Below are positions 1 to 8,787 of a stretch of 26,005 bases of DNA, piece by piece. The notes beneath the pieces are model-generated. The model was not told where the DNA came from. It searched no databases and saw only the letters and a program-made list of their open reading frames with translations. Within the stretch, counting starts at the first letter, position 1, and each line of letters starts with the position of its first letter. The stretch comes from a virus. Lineage: Duplodnaviria > Heunggongvirae > Uroviricota > Caudoviricetes. The stretch lies in IMG/VR virus record IMGVR_UViG_3300000358_000075. The stretch is one strand, 5' to 3'. The position numbers and the translations under genes are program-made.

Positions 1-90
1 TTGCCTCCCCCCCGTTGATGGGTAAAATAGCCGCAATTTTTCGTTTTCAACAAGCGCGGCGCGATGCCGCTTACTCAAGAAGAAAGAATT

Positions 91-165
91 ATGACGTTGT
101 CTCCTTATTTGCAAGAGGTGGCGAAGCGCCGCACTTTTGCCATTATTTCTCACCCCAATAATTAA
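91..165 (+). pseudogene. prfC: Displaced 5' fragment of host prfC (peptide chain release factor RF3), truncated by prophage insertion
   Basis: ATG at 91 encodes [22 protein letters not shown], which matches the RF3 N-terminus as recalled; homology to prfC ends near 155 and the frame stops two codons later (NN*). Confidence 0.75.
145..165. other. attL junction between host prfC sequence and prophage DNA (core inferred, not precisely delimited)
   Basis: Host-like prfC coding sequence runs to about 155, followed by AT-rich non-prfC sequence and then an integrase gene. Confidence 0.5.
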
Positions 166-319
166 GCCTAAATTAAAGCTCTTTTACTTTTTCAAAGTCC
201 TTTCAGTTAATTGATGTTTGATTTTATAAGTCATTTAAATACAGTTAGTTATGTGGCTTCTTTAATTGAAAATTCTTTCATGTAACTTTAAATCGATCAG
301 GTTGCTTTCATCAAAAATC

Positions 320-377
320 TGTACATATGCTTGTACATAATGTACAAAGCAGCAGAGGTGTTTTGCGATTTGTACAA
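320..377. promoter_or_regulatory. Cluster of four TGTACA palindromic hexamers immediately upstream of int
   Basis: TGTACA at 320-325, 332-337, 341-346 and 371-376, ending just before the AGGTGAG Shine-Dalgarno of int. Confidence 0.35.
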
Positions 378-385
378 GGTGAGTA

Positions 386-1621
386 ATGGCGCTGTCTGAT
401 GCGTGGTTGCGTTCAGTCGTTGGAAAGGAACGTGATAAGGTTTTGGTTAAATCCGATCGTGATGGTCTGTCTGTCAGAGTATCACCGAAAGGTCGCGTAG
501 TGTTCCAATATCGTTATCAATGGGCAGGGAAAGGTGAGCGCCTTGATATCGGAACTTACCCGGCAACTGGATTAAAAGAGGCCAGAGAAGAAGTTATCCG
601 TCTCCGTGGTGAACTCGAGTCAAACCGCAATCCACGATTAGTCAAGCAGGCTGAAAAACGAAAAGCTACTGAAGCCATGACGGTAGAGTCTGTGATCCGT
701 GCCTGGTATGAAGCATATTGTGTAAAAAATAAAAAAGGTTCTGAACAGATACTCCGCTCGTTTGAGCTGCACCTGTTCTCTAAAATCGGGAATATCCCTC
801 ACGATGCAGCTACATTGCATGATTGGTTAGAAGTCCTGGAGCCTCTTAGCACCAAGACTCCAGCAATAGTAGACCGATTGCTAATTAACGCAAAGCAGGC
901 CCATGTCTGGGCGTATAAGAGAAAGCTCATTGAAACTCGCCCACTGTCGGATATCACGGGTAAAGATATGGATATCCGTAAAGGTCAGAAAAAACGGTTT
1001 CTGACACATGATGAAATTAACATCCTTTATGCTGCGATCGATGGTTCTCGAATGGTTCCTAAATACCGAGCCTTCATTAAACTATTGCTGCATTTTGGTT
1101 GCCGTAGTTCAGAGCTAATTACTGCTAGGGTGGATGATTTTGATTTCATAAATAAGGTATGGACTGTACCACCAGAACGACATAAGACTGGGGACATAAC
1201 AGGCGAACCGCTAAAGCGGCCCATTATTGAACCGGTTGAAGAGCTTATAAAATACGCTATCTCTATGAACAACGGTTCCGATATGCTTTTTACTAAGGAA
1301 GGAAGCAGGGAGCCAGTTGGTCGGACATCATTGCAGTCGCTGCCTTACAATTTAATGCAGTTCGCATGGCGACGTTTGGGGTATCAATTTCCTCATTGGT
1401 CTCTTCATGATTTGAGACGAACAGCACGAACAAACTTTTCTGATCTTACTGCTCCTCATATTGCTGAAATAATGCTCGGTCATAAACTGCCAGGTGTATG
1501 GCAAGTTTATGATAAGAGCGATTATCTAGAAGAACAGCGTAAAGCTTACTGGGCATGGTGGGAGAGGGTTGAATCGATCGTTACTTGTACTGACTTAATC
1601 TCCAACGGACAGTTTGCGTAG
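386..1621 (+). CDS. int: Phage integrase, tyrosine site-specific recombinase
   Basis: 411 aa ORF next to the att junction with a good SD; C-terminal catalytic region HDLRRT...GHK...VYDKSDY fits the R-H-R-Y recombinase signature. Confidence 0.9.
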   Translation: MALSDAWLRSVVGKERDKVLVKSDRDGLSVRVSPKGRVVFQYRYQWAGKGERLDIGTYPATGLKEAREEVIRLRGELESNRNPRLVKQAEKRKATEAMTVESVIRAWYEAYCVKNKKGSEQILRSFELHLFSKIGNIPHDAATLHDWLEVLEPLSTKTPAIVDRLLINAKQAHVWAYKRKLIETRPLSDITGKDMDIRKGQKKRFLTHDEINILYAAIDGSRMVPKYRAFIKLLLHFGCRSSELITARVDDFDFINKVWTVPPERHKTGDITGEPLKRPIIEPVEELIKYAISMNNGSDMLFTKEGSREPVGRTSLQSLPYNLMQFAWRRLGYQFPHWSLHDLRRTARTNFSDLTAPHIAEIMLGHKLPGVWQVYDKSDYLEEQRKAYWAWWERVESIVTCTDLISNGQFA

Positions 1622-1779
1622 CCAGAGCGTAATCATATCTGCCAGTCCGCTGCGGATACCTTGTGTACTGGGTTTTTAGCCAGACTACGTTAACCGGTAG
1701 CTTCAGTATTTGGGGGGGCGGCAGGAGTTCGATGGTTTATTGGGTTACTGTGGGACTAAGGATGTAGGGATGCCAATCA

Positions 1780-2913
1780 ATGAATTATGAAAAATATCAT
1801 AGCACAAACAGAAGCAAGGGTTTGCGAACCTTCTGCTACTTAATTTATTATGTGCAGGTGATTTTTAATGTGATGAAGTGTTTTATGACTCGCGGAAACT
1901 TTGATTTTATAAACTCTAACGTGGTTTTCTCAGAAGCCGATAAGTCATTGTGGATTGATCTCATTAACACCGATTGTATTTGGTATGATATGATAATTAA
2001 TCCTCCTGATGATATAAGAACAAATAAGATAATAAAGAACTATCTCAGAATTATGGAAAAATATACGAGGGAAAGCTGTGAAAAGAGATTTATTTATTTC
2101 TTAGGTTCAAGAAAAAAAGTAAGGTTTTCAACCAAGAAACAGCCTAGGTATAACCCATTCACAAAAAATATAGTATTCACTCTGTTGATTGGCAAAGAAG
2201 AGCGAAAGCTTCGGATAAAATATTCCTTTTGCACGTTTACGCAGAATGGGGTAGTGAAGGTAACTCCAAATGTTAGAGTAACTGAGAAGTTTCTCTACAT
2301 TGAATATGAAAATGGCAATTTATGTGTGATGTCAGTTCATGACTTCGTAAACGGACATTATATTGATTTAGGAATTCATACAGAAGTGCATTACGTAGGA
2401 TATACACGTCATCCGCATCGGCGCCCTGTTGATTTTATTCACCGTGGCTTATCAAAGATGCTGTATAGCGTTTCAAATGACGATAATGATTTTTTTGTTT
2501 GTTTTAGTATATTTAATCCAAGGATTATATCTCTGAATAATAAATGTAATGTGGTCTTTAATATTTCAAATTCTCTACTGGATGAAATTGATGTTGATAA
2601 TGAGGGGAGAATTATTGAAAACTGCTTAATACGTTACTTTGATCCTAAGCTTCAAGATGATGACAAGGAAAGTAAAAGGTCAGATTTAAATAAAATGTTT
2701 ATGGACCTGGTGGAAAATAAAAAAATTAAAAAAATATACGTTAATTTTCAATATGAAAGGAATAATGAGTATTTCTGCTTTTACTCTAAAGTTGTTCCGC
2801 CGAAATTTCATCATTTCTTTGTGTTGGATTTTTCTGATGGCAAGATAAATATTGATAGAGACCAGGATATGATGACTCAGATGGCATTGTGTATGGGGTA
2901 TTATAATTATTAA
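1780..2913 (+). CDS. AT-rich orphan protein of unknown function (moron between int and xis); start uncertain, alternative ATGs at 1873 and 1885
   Basis: Long uninterrupted ORF (377 aa), visibly far more AT-rich than flanking phage genes; Asn/Lys/Ile/Phe/Tyr-rich product with no motif I recognise; possible sigma70-like promoter TTGCGA-N17-TTATTA at 1822-1850. Confidence 0.6.
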   Translation: MNYEKYHSTNRSKGLRTFCYLIYYVQVIFNVMKCFMTRGNFDFINSNVVFSEADKSLWIDLINTDCIWYDMIINPPDDIRTNKIIKNYLRIMEKYTRESCEKRFIYFLGSRKKVRFSTKKQPRYNPFTKNIVFTLLIGKEERKLRIKYSFCTFTQNGVVKVTPNVRVTEKFLYIEYENGNLCVMSVHDFVNGHYIDLGIHTEVHYVGYTRHPHRRPVDFIHRGLSKMLYSVSNDDNDFFVCFSIFNPRIISLNNKCNVVFNISNSLLDEIDVDNEGRIIENCLIRYFDPKLQDDDKESKRSDLNKMFMDLVENKKIKKIYVNFQYERNNEYFCFYSKVVPPKFHHFFVLDFSDGKINIDRDQDMMTQMALCMGYYNY

Positions 2914-3122
2914 TATTTCGCTTGATACCAACTCAAAATCTTTTTTGTCGCATCCATTGTGGATTAATATTCAGAGGTAAGGGGTATCTGCGGAATTTAT
3001 ATTTTGCAGGATGAGCATACAATACATGATATAACATCTGTTTTTGGCACAGAGCATATAGTCAGATTATGTTTAGTTCTGTGCCATAGATGGATACTAT
3101 CTCACCTCTTGGCTAACTCTCA

Positions 3123-3317
3123 TTACTCAATAACTCCAGCAAATCTGTATATTTTGCGTGATGCCCATTTATTTGGGCAGGATTTGATATCAGGATCTGG
3201 AAAATCAGGCCTGTATTTCTGGCCAGTTCTCCTGTTTACGCTGTTCCAGCGAAGAACAGTCGATACTGAAACGCCACAGAAGTCGGCGACTTGTTTAGTT
3301 GTCATTAAGTTGTTCAT
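3123..3317 (-). CDS. AlpA/excisionase-family small DNA-binding protein (Xis-like)
   Basis: 64 aa; HTH-like N-terminus (TTKQVADFCGVSVSTVLRW); position next to int; TAATG stop/start overlap with the upstream gene. Confidence 0.6.
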   Translation of the reverse strand: MNNLMTTKQVADFCGVSVSTVLRWNSVNRRTGQKYRPDFPDPDIKSCPNKWASRKIYRFAGVIE

Positions 3318-3937
3318 TACTTCACCTCCTGCGGCGGCTCCGGTAGCGGCATCCAGTGGGTTACTTTCGATGCCGGTTCTTCCCCATCGTCAGTAACTGC
3401 CCACCATTTGTTTCTCGACCAATCGTAATACCCTTCGAAGGTATCGCACTCAGTCCAGCCGTAAGACTTACCCCAACACCAAACATACTGTTTATCGTCC
3501 GGCATTCGCTCACTACAGCTTATCCAACCATCCGGAGTTACCGGAGAGTTGCCCGACAGCTCGTTCAACTTGTAAGACTGGCTTACAGGTTCGGCACCAT
3601 GAAGCATGGCGGCGCGGCAGGCGTTCCAGCCTTCATCAAAGCCGACTATGCCATTATTTAAAGACGGACGAACATCTGGCACCATCGGCACTGGCTTGGC
3701 TATATATAGCGGCTGAACATACCAGCCCTTTGATAACCAACTGTCAGCAATGTTTTTACTCCGTGTTATTGCCGGAATACCTAAGCCATTGTCTGAATGC
3801 AGCCATGCCACCGGTTCTGCTTTCAGCGAGGCTAACGCTATTTCATAAGCTCGGTGCTCAATATTGTCTCGCACGTCCAAGCTGCCTATGCGCTCTTTGA
3901 TTTCTTTAATCAGTTCTTTGTCGGTGAAAGTGGTCAT
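3317..3937 (-). CDS. Phage protein with C-terminal DUF551-like domain
   Basis: 206 aa with AGGAGA SD; Trp/Cys-rich C-terminus (…WISCSERMPDD…THWMPLPEPP) typical of DUF551. Confidence 0.55.
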   Translation of the reverse strand: MTTFTDKELIKEIKERIGSLDVRDNIEHRAYEIALASLKAEPVAWLHSDNGLGIPAITRSKNIADSWLSKGWYVQPLYIAKPVPMVPDVRPSLNNGIVGFDEGWNACRAAMLHGAEPVSQSYKLNELSGNSPVTPDGWISCSERMPDDKQYVWCWGKSYGWTECDTFEGYYDWSRNKWWAVTDDGEEPASKVTHWMPLPEPPQEVK

Positions 3938-3938
3938 C

Positions 3939-4268
3939 TCACTCTCCTTTGATGCGAATGCCAGCGACGCGTAGTGCGTGTTCTAAGTCAATCAGGCAAA
4001 GCCAACTGCCATTTTCTTTAGGTATCATGACATGCCGCTTATTAGCATTTATTGGGTGCCCATATCGAAGGTCGTAGCGAGTCGGTAATTGAACTTCCCT
4101 CGCTTCCAGTTCTGTAATGCGTTTGTTTTTAGCTTCTAGTTCATCCAGCAGCGCCAGCACAACCTGCGGTGTGACTTTCATACGAAATGCCAGCAATTTT
4201 TGTGGTGTGGCTACTATTTTTATTGCTTCTGCCGCCTCACGCAGTACCTGATAGTCAATCTTGTTCAC
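3939..4268 (-). CDS. Hypothetical early-left phage protein
   Basis: GTG start preceded by AAGGAGG; stop overlaps the upstream gene start, indicating an operon. Confidence 0.5.
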   Translation of the reverse strand: MNKIDYQVLREAAEAIKIVATPQKLLAFRMKVTPQVVLALLDELEAKNKRITELEAREVQLPTRYDLRYGHPINANKRHVMIPKENGSWLCLIDLEHALRVAGIRIKGE

Positions 4269-4504
4269 TGGTTGCCTCCTTTACGGATCTGCGCTGCGAT
4301 GCACGAAAAAAAAGACTCTCGCGTATGACTGTTAAGAGCTGGCGCGAACGCCGCGTTAAGAACGGCAGCATCACAGCCGTCATCGATATAGAGCGCAATT
4401 TTTTTCTCCAGGCGTGCTTTGGCTTCCTGCAACTGCATACCCCGGCACGCACGCGGGATATACTCAGCAATTTGAGCGATAGATTTTTCGTTCTGTTTAA
4501 ACAT
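4265..4504 (-). CDS. Hypothetical early-left phage protein
   Basis: 79 aa with GAGGTGA SD; coupled stop/start overlaps with both neighbours. Confidence 0.5.
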   Translation of the reverse strand: MFKQNEKSIAQIAEYIPRACRGMQLQEAKARLEKKIALYIDDGCDAAVLNAAFAPALNSHTRESFFSCIAAQIRKGGNQ

Positions 4505-4700
4505 GCTTCACCTCGATAGGCTTGATGGTATCGATCAGCAGTCGGCGGCGAGTATTTTCTGCAAAGTGGCGGCGTCCGTTTTCTTTGTGGTAAAACTCGT
4601 TTTTTCCGACGACCCACATCCGCTTTGTCTGGTGCAGTTTTTTTACCTGCGGACCGTCTCGGGTGATAACAATTCCTGTATGAGTTTTTATCACGCTCAT
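4497..4700 (-). CDS. Hypothetical early-left phage protein
   Basis: 67 aa with GGAGAA SD; overlapping stop/start with neighbours. Confidence 0.45.
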   Translation of the reverse strand: MSVIKTHTGIVITRDGPQVKKLHQTKRMWVVGKNEFYHKENGRRHFAENTRRRLLIDTIKPIEVKHV

Positions 4701-5059
4701 TTCTTATTCTCCGGTGCTTTCGGCATTACTGCCCAGTGAGTGATATTGACGTTTTCAAGGTCCCCGACCTGAAATGTCCACTGCCATTCTCCGGTTTCTT
4801 TTTGTCCCCAGGTGTACCAGAGAGAACGCCAGCCAATTAGCCAGCCTTCTCCGTTAGCATCAAATAACAGAACACTTTCATTTGCTGGCGGCAGTTCAGC
4901 TGACACTGGTATTATTTTGTTTTCCAGTGCCGCACATTTAGCTTCAAGCGCATCGAATTTACGTACCAGGTACTCAGCATTTGTTTCGTTCACTTTCAGA
5001 TCTCGCGGTACACATTTCCCGCGAAGAAACCCTTCCATTTCGAAAACATTCATGCGCAT
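4697..5059 (-). CDS. Phage protein, DUF551-like C-terminus (YfdS-like position and size)
   Basis: 120 aa; C-terminal …NITHWAVMPKAPE resembles DUF551; stop overlaps the upstream HD-domain gene. Confidence 0.5.
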   Translation of the reverse strand: MRMNVFEMEGFLRGKCVPRDLKVNETNAEYLVRKFDALEAKCAALENKIIPVSAELPPANESVLLFDANGEGWLIGWRSLWYTWGQKETGEWQWTFQVGDLENVNITHWAVMPKAPENKK

Positions 5060-5586
5060 TTGCGTAACTCCGATAACTCGTTAAAACGTTCCATAAACAT
5101 CCCGTAGGCATGGCCCGGTGCCAGTGGAATCACGTTGAACATCTCTGTTGCCGGGATGCCTTCCAGTACAGGCCAGAAAGAGCCATCATCAAGCCCGAGA
5201 TCGCGGCGTTCGGTTGCCAGCATGATGAGATCGGCATATTTCACAGGCGTGCTCATAACCGGGGGTAACCCGTATTTCTCACGGATTACGGCATCTATTT
5301 TTTCTTCCATCCGTTTATAGTCAGGAAGAAGGCGTTTCAGTGGAGCGGGGATGTCCTGGCAATATGCTTCTGTTGCATCATGCATTAACGCTTCAAAAGC
5401 AAATTCCTGCGGTACCAGCTGGCTGCAAAGCACCGCATGCTGGGCGACGCTGTAGAAGTGTGAAAGATGTCCTGCAAAGCGACAGATATTTGAAAGGGAA
5501 ACTGCGATATCGTTAATCACGATGTCGTCTTTATTTATCTTGTCATAATAAAAATGCTTCCCGGAAAAAGTTTTAATAAATGACAT
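5050..5586 (-). CDS. HD-domain metal-dependent phosphohydrolase (YfdR-like 5'-deoxynucleotidase family)
   Basis: ATG at 5586 with GGAGA SD gives 178 aa; conserved His/Asp of the HD fold (…VAQHAVL…LMHDATEAY…). Confidence 0.8.
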   Translation of the reverse strand: MSFIKTFSGKHFYYDKINKDDIVINDIAVSLSNICRFAGHLSHFYSVAQHAVLCSQLVPQEFAFEALMHDATEAYCQDIPAPLKRLLPDYKRMEEKIDAVIREKYGLPPVMSTPVKYADLIMLATERRDLGLDDGSFWPVLEGIPATEMFNVIPLAPGHAYGMFMERFNELSELRKCA

Positions 5587-5714
5587 TTCGGTCTCCACTT
5601 TATATGCGCTGCACCGCGCTGAATTCTGCTAAAAGGAAGCTCTCACCATCCGGTGATTATTGAGTTAATTACGTTTCCATAAATGCCCCCGCAGGGGCAT
5701 TTGCAGTAATGAAA

Positions 5715-6539
5715 TCAGGCGGTGAAAGTACCAATAAAGGTTTCTACTTTGCTGTCTTTGAATTTCTCAACAAGCAGATCACGAAATTCGTTAGCCATTT
5801 CTTCCTGCATCGCTTCCAGCTGAATAATGCGCAGAACCAGTACAGGACGATCGCCAGTGATAATGCTGAGGCGTAATTTAAACGGACGTTCTTTCAGACC
5901 TTCAAACGGAACGCATTTAAATTCAAATGCCACTGGCATAATGTCTTTGGTCTTCGCTTCGACAGACTCCATCAGGGAGCGTTTGCCGCTGAAGTCATTA
6001 TCTTCAAAATCAGCGGTCTGGTTTGCTTCAATCGTGATTTTACGGACTGCCGCAGCCGCTTTTGTTGCCTGAATAGCGTCACCATTGGCATCAAAGCCCA
6101 CAAGGTAGTCGGCCCAGTCTTCAATCCATTCTGCCAGTGACTTCTGGGAGTTACGCTCGCCGTTAACAGACAACAGGGCAGAGAACGGTGCTGTCTTTTT
6201 CAGTTTGAGAGTGGCGGTGTTATCTGCGTGACCTGGTTCATCAATAGTACCCAGGTTAAGTACACTGACGGCACGCATATTATCAGCATCGATAAAGCAG
6301 CGGGTGCCTTCATCTGCAAGATCTTTAGAATAACGGGTAAAGTCATCGATGCTGGCAGTGGAAAGCGCACCACGGAAACGGAAGCGATTTAAATTAAATT
6401 TTTCCAGATCATGAATGCGGAAATTCTCAGGCAATGCCACAGCATCGGCACCAATATTACTGATAATTTCATTAACACCCTGAGCAGAAATAAGGGCATG
6501 GATTTGATTAATTGCGGTTGCGTCTAAGTTCTGAGACAT
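5715..6539 (-). CDS. DUF2303 / YfdQ-like phage protein
   Basis: 274 aa with GAGGA SD; same size and neighbourhood as yfdQ in CPS-53, as recalled. Confidence 0.65.
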   Translation of the reverse strand: MSQNLDATAINQIHALISAQGVNEIISNIGADAVALPENFRIHDLEKFNLNRFRFRGALSTASIDDFTRYSKDLADEGTRCFIDADNMRAVSVLNLGTIDEPGHADNTATLKLKKTAPFSALLSVNGERNSQKSLAEWIEDWADYLVGFDANGDAIQATKAAAAVRKITIEANQTADFEDNDFSGKRSLMESVEAKTKDIMPVAFEFKCVPFEGLKERPFKLRLSIITGDRPVLVLRIIQLEAMQEEMANEFRDLLVEKFKDSKVETFIGTFTA

Positions 6540-6604
6540 AATAAGTCCTCACAATATTAAGATATTCAGTGATGAGATAAATAATCAGTTAATTAAGAAC
6601 GATA

Positions 6605-6967
6605 TTAATGACCTGCTGCGCGGAGTTTTCCGTCAGGTTCACCGGCAAGAGTCAGTAATTGTCCCTGGTCTTCCTGCAGAATAGTCAGGCGACCACCGCG
6701 ATTGACATACATCGGCGTTTCGGTGGTGTCTTCTTCGGAAATTTTCCCGCGGTTAGTCGGGCGAACATATGAGAGTTTGTGTTTGATTTTCACACGGTTC
6801 TCATCAAACGGTTCGATTTCCAGGTTGAGCGAGACCTTACCTTTGGTTTTCGTGTTCATCACACCGGAAGCGACTTCACTGAGAACTGCGCCGATTTTGG
6901 TTTCAAATACGCCGCCGTCCAGCTCCCCGATAAATGCCTGCACATCAGTACTGCGTTCGCTAGCCAT
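6605..6967 (-). CDS. Hypothetical phage protein (YfdP-like size and position)
   Basis: Internal ATG at 6967 with GAGGAG SD gives 120 aa (MASERSTDVQAFIGELDGG…); the longer track ORF extension has no SD and a low-complexity N-terminus. Confidence 0.55.
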   Translation of the reverse strand: MASERSTDVQAFIGELDGGVFETKIGAVLSEVASGVMNTKTKGKVSLNLEIEPFDENRVKIKHKLSYVRPTNRGKISEEDTTETPMYVNRGGRLTILQEDQGQLLTLAGEPDGKLRAAGH

Positions 6968-7223
6968 TTTGCTGCTCCTCATCATATCGACCCTGCAAGG
7001 TCGGTTGGTTTCTCCACAAAACAGAGAAGAACACCTGCGGTGGCAGCCGCCCGGGTGGATTGGGTTATGAGCCCGTCGTCCGGTGATGCTCTTCTCTGTT
7101 TTGTAAAAAGAGCGGTACCAGCCGGAAGCAAGTGTACAAACTGGTACCGCCAAAGCAGTGGCTGTTGTGGTGGGGTTGTCACTCAGGCGTATGGTCAACC
7201 TGACAATCCGGTGTCCTCAACGG

Positions 7224-7299
7224 NNNNNNNNNNNNNNNNNNNNNNNNNNNNNNNNNNNNNNNNNNNNNNNNNNNNNNNNNNNNNNNNNNNNNNNNNNNN
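7224..7299. other. Assembly gap (76 N)
   Basis: Run of N in the sequence. Confidence 1.
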
Positions 7300-7697
7300 A
7301 ACCCAGCCATACTTACCGCCGCGCCATTTCGCGGATTACCACAACGCTGAGAGCACTTAGCCAGTTATGGCACCACACTTTGTCGCGGCTCCATAAATGC
7401 CCTCATCGTTGCACCCTGGTCTCTTCCCAGGCGTCAAACCGAACCGCCACGCTGGTTAGGCGTCTTATCAGCATCCTCATTGACTTGCACATTCCGGCTA
7501 CCTGGTTTGTTTGCCCGAGCAAGGAGTGGATTGTCCCCTTTAACGTCCCCAGACCGCTAACGACGCATGTGCCATACGCCGTGTTACAACCAAATTTTGT
7601 TAGTACCTTGTTTGTAGGTCTGGAAAGAAAGATAAAATGAAGTTGCACATTATGCAAGTGTTTTATTGCGAGATATGCAATTTGGTGGGTAATGAAA

Positions 7698-7715
7698 AGC
7701 CACCTTCTGGTGGCT
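7698..7715 (-). terminator. Putative intrinsic terminator downstream of the repressor gene
   Basis: GC-rich hairpin AGCCACC-TTCT-GGTGGCT about 20 nt past the repressor stop, followed on the minus strand by TTTTCATT. Confidence 0.4.
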
Positions 7716-7736
7716 AATTGATGTTGAGGTAGGGGG

Positions 7737-8429
7737 TTAATTGTGTCGCTTAAGGGTCTGTGACTGACTGATTAAGACCTTTCCAAAGACCATAAACCGG
7801 TGTTCGTTTTCGCTGGTAATTCCCCATTCGCGGTAAATCTGATTATCAGAAATTACCAGCAGTTTATCAGGTATCATTTGCAGTCGTTTGACGTAAATTT
7901 TATCATCAAAACCAAATACATATATACCATCCCCATCAAACTGATTGATACTGATATCAACGAAGATGAGATCTCCTGGCTCAATGGTTGGACACATACT
8001 GTCCCCACGAACGTTGATAACTTTAATGTGATTTGCTGGTCGTCCACCAAACATCGATACAGCATTATCAGTTCTGTATTCAATGGCATGAATCACATCA
8101 ATGACATCACCGCCCTGGATAAGGCCATTTCCCGCACTGGCACTGACATCCAGCATTTCAATACGGAATACATCCTTCACCTGCGCAACATCCTCACTAA
8201 CACTGTTTTTACATACAGTATTACTTTTGAAGTCTGAGGTAAAGAGATCAGCAATATCAACACCTAAGCTCCTGGCAATATTACTCAGGGCTTGTTCAGT
8301 GAATTGTTTCTGCTTACCTGTTTCCAGGCGTGAGATATTCGCCGCATCCACTCCTATTGCTTCAGCGAGATCGGCGATTTTCATGTTCTTCGCCTGGCGA
8401 AGTTGTCTGACTCGATTTCCTATGTTCAT
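7737..8429 (-). CDS. CI-like prophage repressor (HTH plus S24 LexA-like autopeptidase domain)
   Basis: 230 aa; N-terminal HTH (…MKIADLAEAIGVDAANISRLETGK…) and C-terminal GDSMCPT…VKRL serine/lysine dyad region; divergent from a Cro-like gene. Confidence 0.9.
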   Translation of the reverse strand: MNIGNRVRQLRQAKNMKIADLAEAIGVDAANISRLETGKQKQFTEQALSNIARSLGVDIADLFTSDFKSNTVCKNSVSEDVAQVKDVFRIEMLDVSASAGNGLIQGGDVIDVIHAIEYRTDNAVSMFGGRPANHIKVINVRGDSMCPTIEPGDLIFVDISINQFDGDGIYVFGFDDKIYVKRLQMIPDKLLVISDNQIYREWGITSENEHRFMVFGKVLISQSQTLKRHN

Positions 8430-8526
8430 GCGTTTATTACATTTCTTTATTGCGCGTTAAGCAAATCAACTTGCGCAAAATATTTGCGTGAAATAATATG
8501 CTCATCACGCAATATGTGGAGGTCAT
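8430..8526. promoter_or_regulatory. Immunity-region divergent promoter/operator between cI-like and cro-like genes
   Basis: 97 bp intergenic with repeated TTGCG(C/T) half-sites in both orientations (TTGCGCG, TTGCGCAAAATATTTGCGTG, CACGCAA); GGAGG SD before cro; no SD before the repressor ATG. Confidence 0.6.
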
Positions 8527-8787
8527 ATGCAATCACCATTACGGAATGTGCGTAAGGCGCACGGATTTACTTTGCAGCATGTTGCTGCGGGCGTTCAGGT
8601 CAATCCAGCGACGCTGAGTCGTATTGAAAGACTGGAACAAATTCCATCTATCGATCTTGCAGAACGTCTGGCCAATTTTTTTAAGGGTGAAATCAGCGAA
8701 ATGCAGATTCTTTATCCGGCACGTTTTCAATCTAGCCAAAACCAGAATGGGTTTAAACCACAGGAACAGGAGGTAAGCCGTGGGTAA
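8527..8787 (+). CDS. Cro-like HTH transcriptional regulator
   Basis: 86 aa; HTH (…FTLQHVAAGVQVNPATLSRIER…); first gene of the rightward operon opposite the repressor. Confidence 0.75.
   Translation: MQSPLRNVRKAHGFTLQHVAAGVQVNPATLSRIERLEQIPSIDLAERLANFFKGEISEMQILYPARFQSSQNQNGFKPQEQEVSRG

Noticed and set aside
1-160. tRNA gene as the integration target
   Set aside because: No cloverleaf-compatible sequence seen; the flank instead encodes the N-terminus of RF3, so the target is the protein-coding gene prfC.
3004-3661. Plus-strand ORFs 3004..3396 and 3356..3661
   Set aside because: Antisense to the Xis-like and DUF551 genes, which have proper SDs and coupled stop/start signals; the translated products are low-complexity.
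6605-7198. Full 197-aa track ORF as the gene
   Set aside because: The N-terminal 77 codons are low-complexity and lack an SD; an internal ATG at 6967 has a GAGGAG SD and gives a 120-aa product of the size expected at this position.
7403-7657. 84-aa minus-strand ORF as a possible N-like antiterminator
   Set aside because: TTG start with no SD, no arginine-rich motif and a non-protein-like composition; more likely non-coding leader sequence.
7637-7717. 26-codon plus-strand ORF (MKLHIMQVFYCEICNLVGNEKPPSGG) next to the repressor
   Set aside because: Very short, weak SD, and it overlaps the predicted repressor terminator hairpin; no support beyond an open frame.
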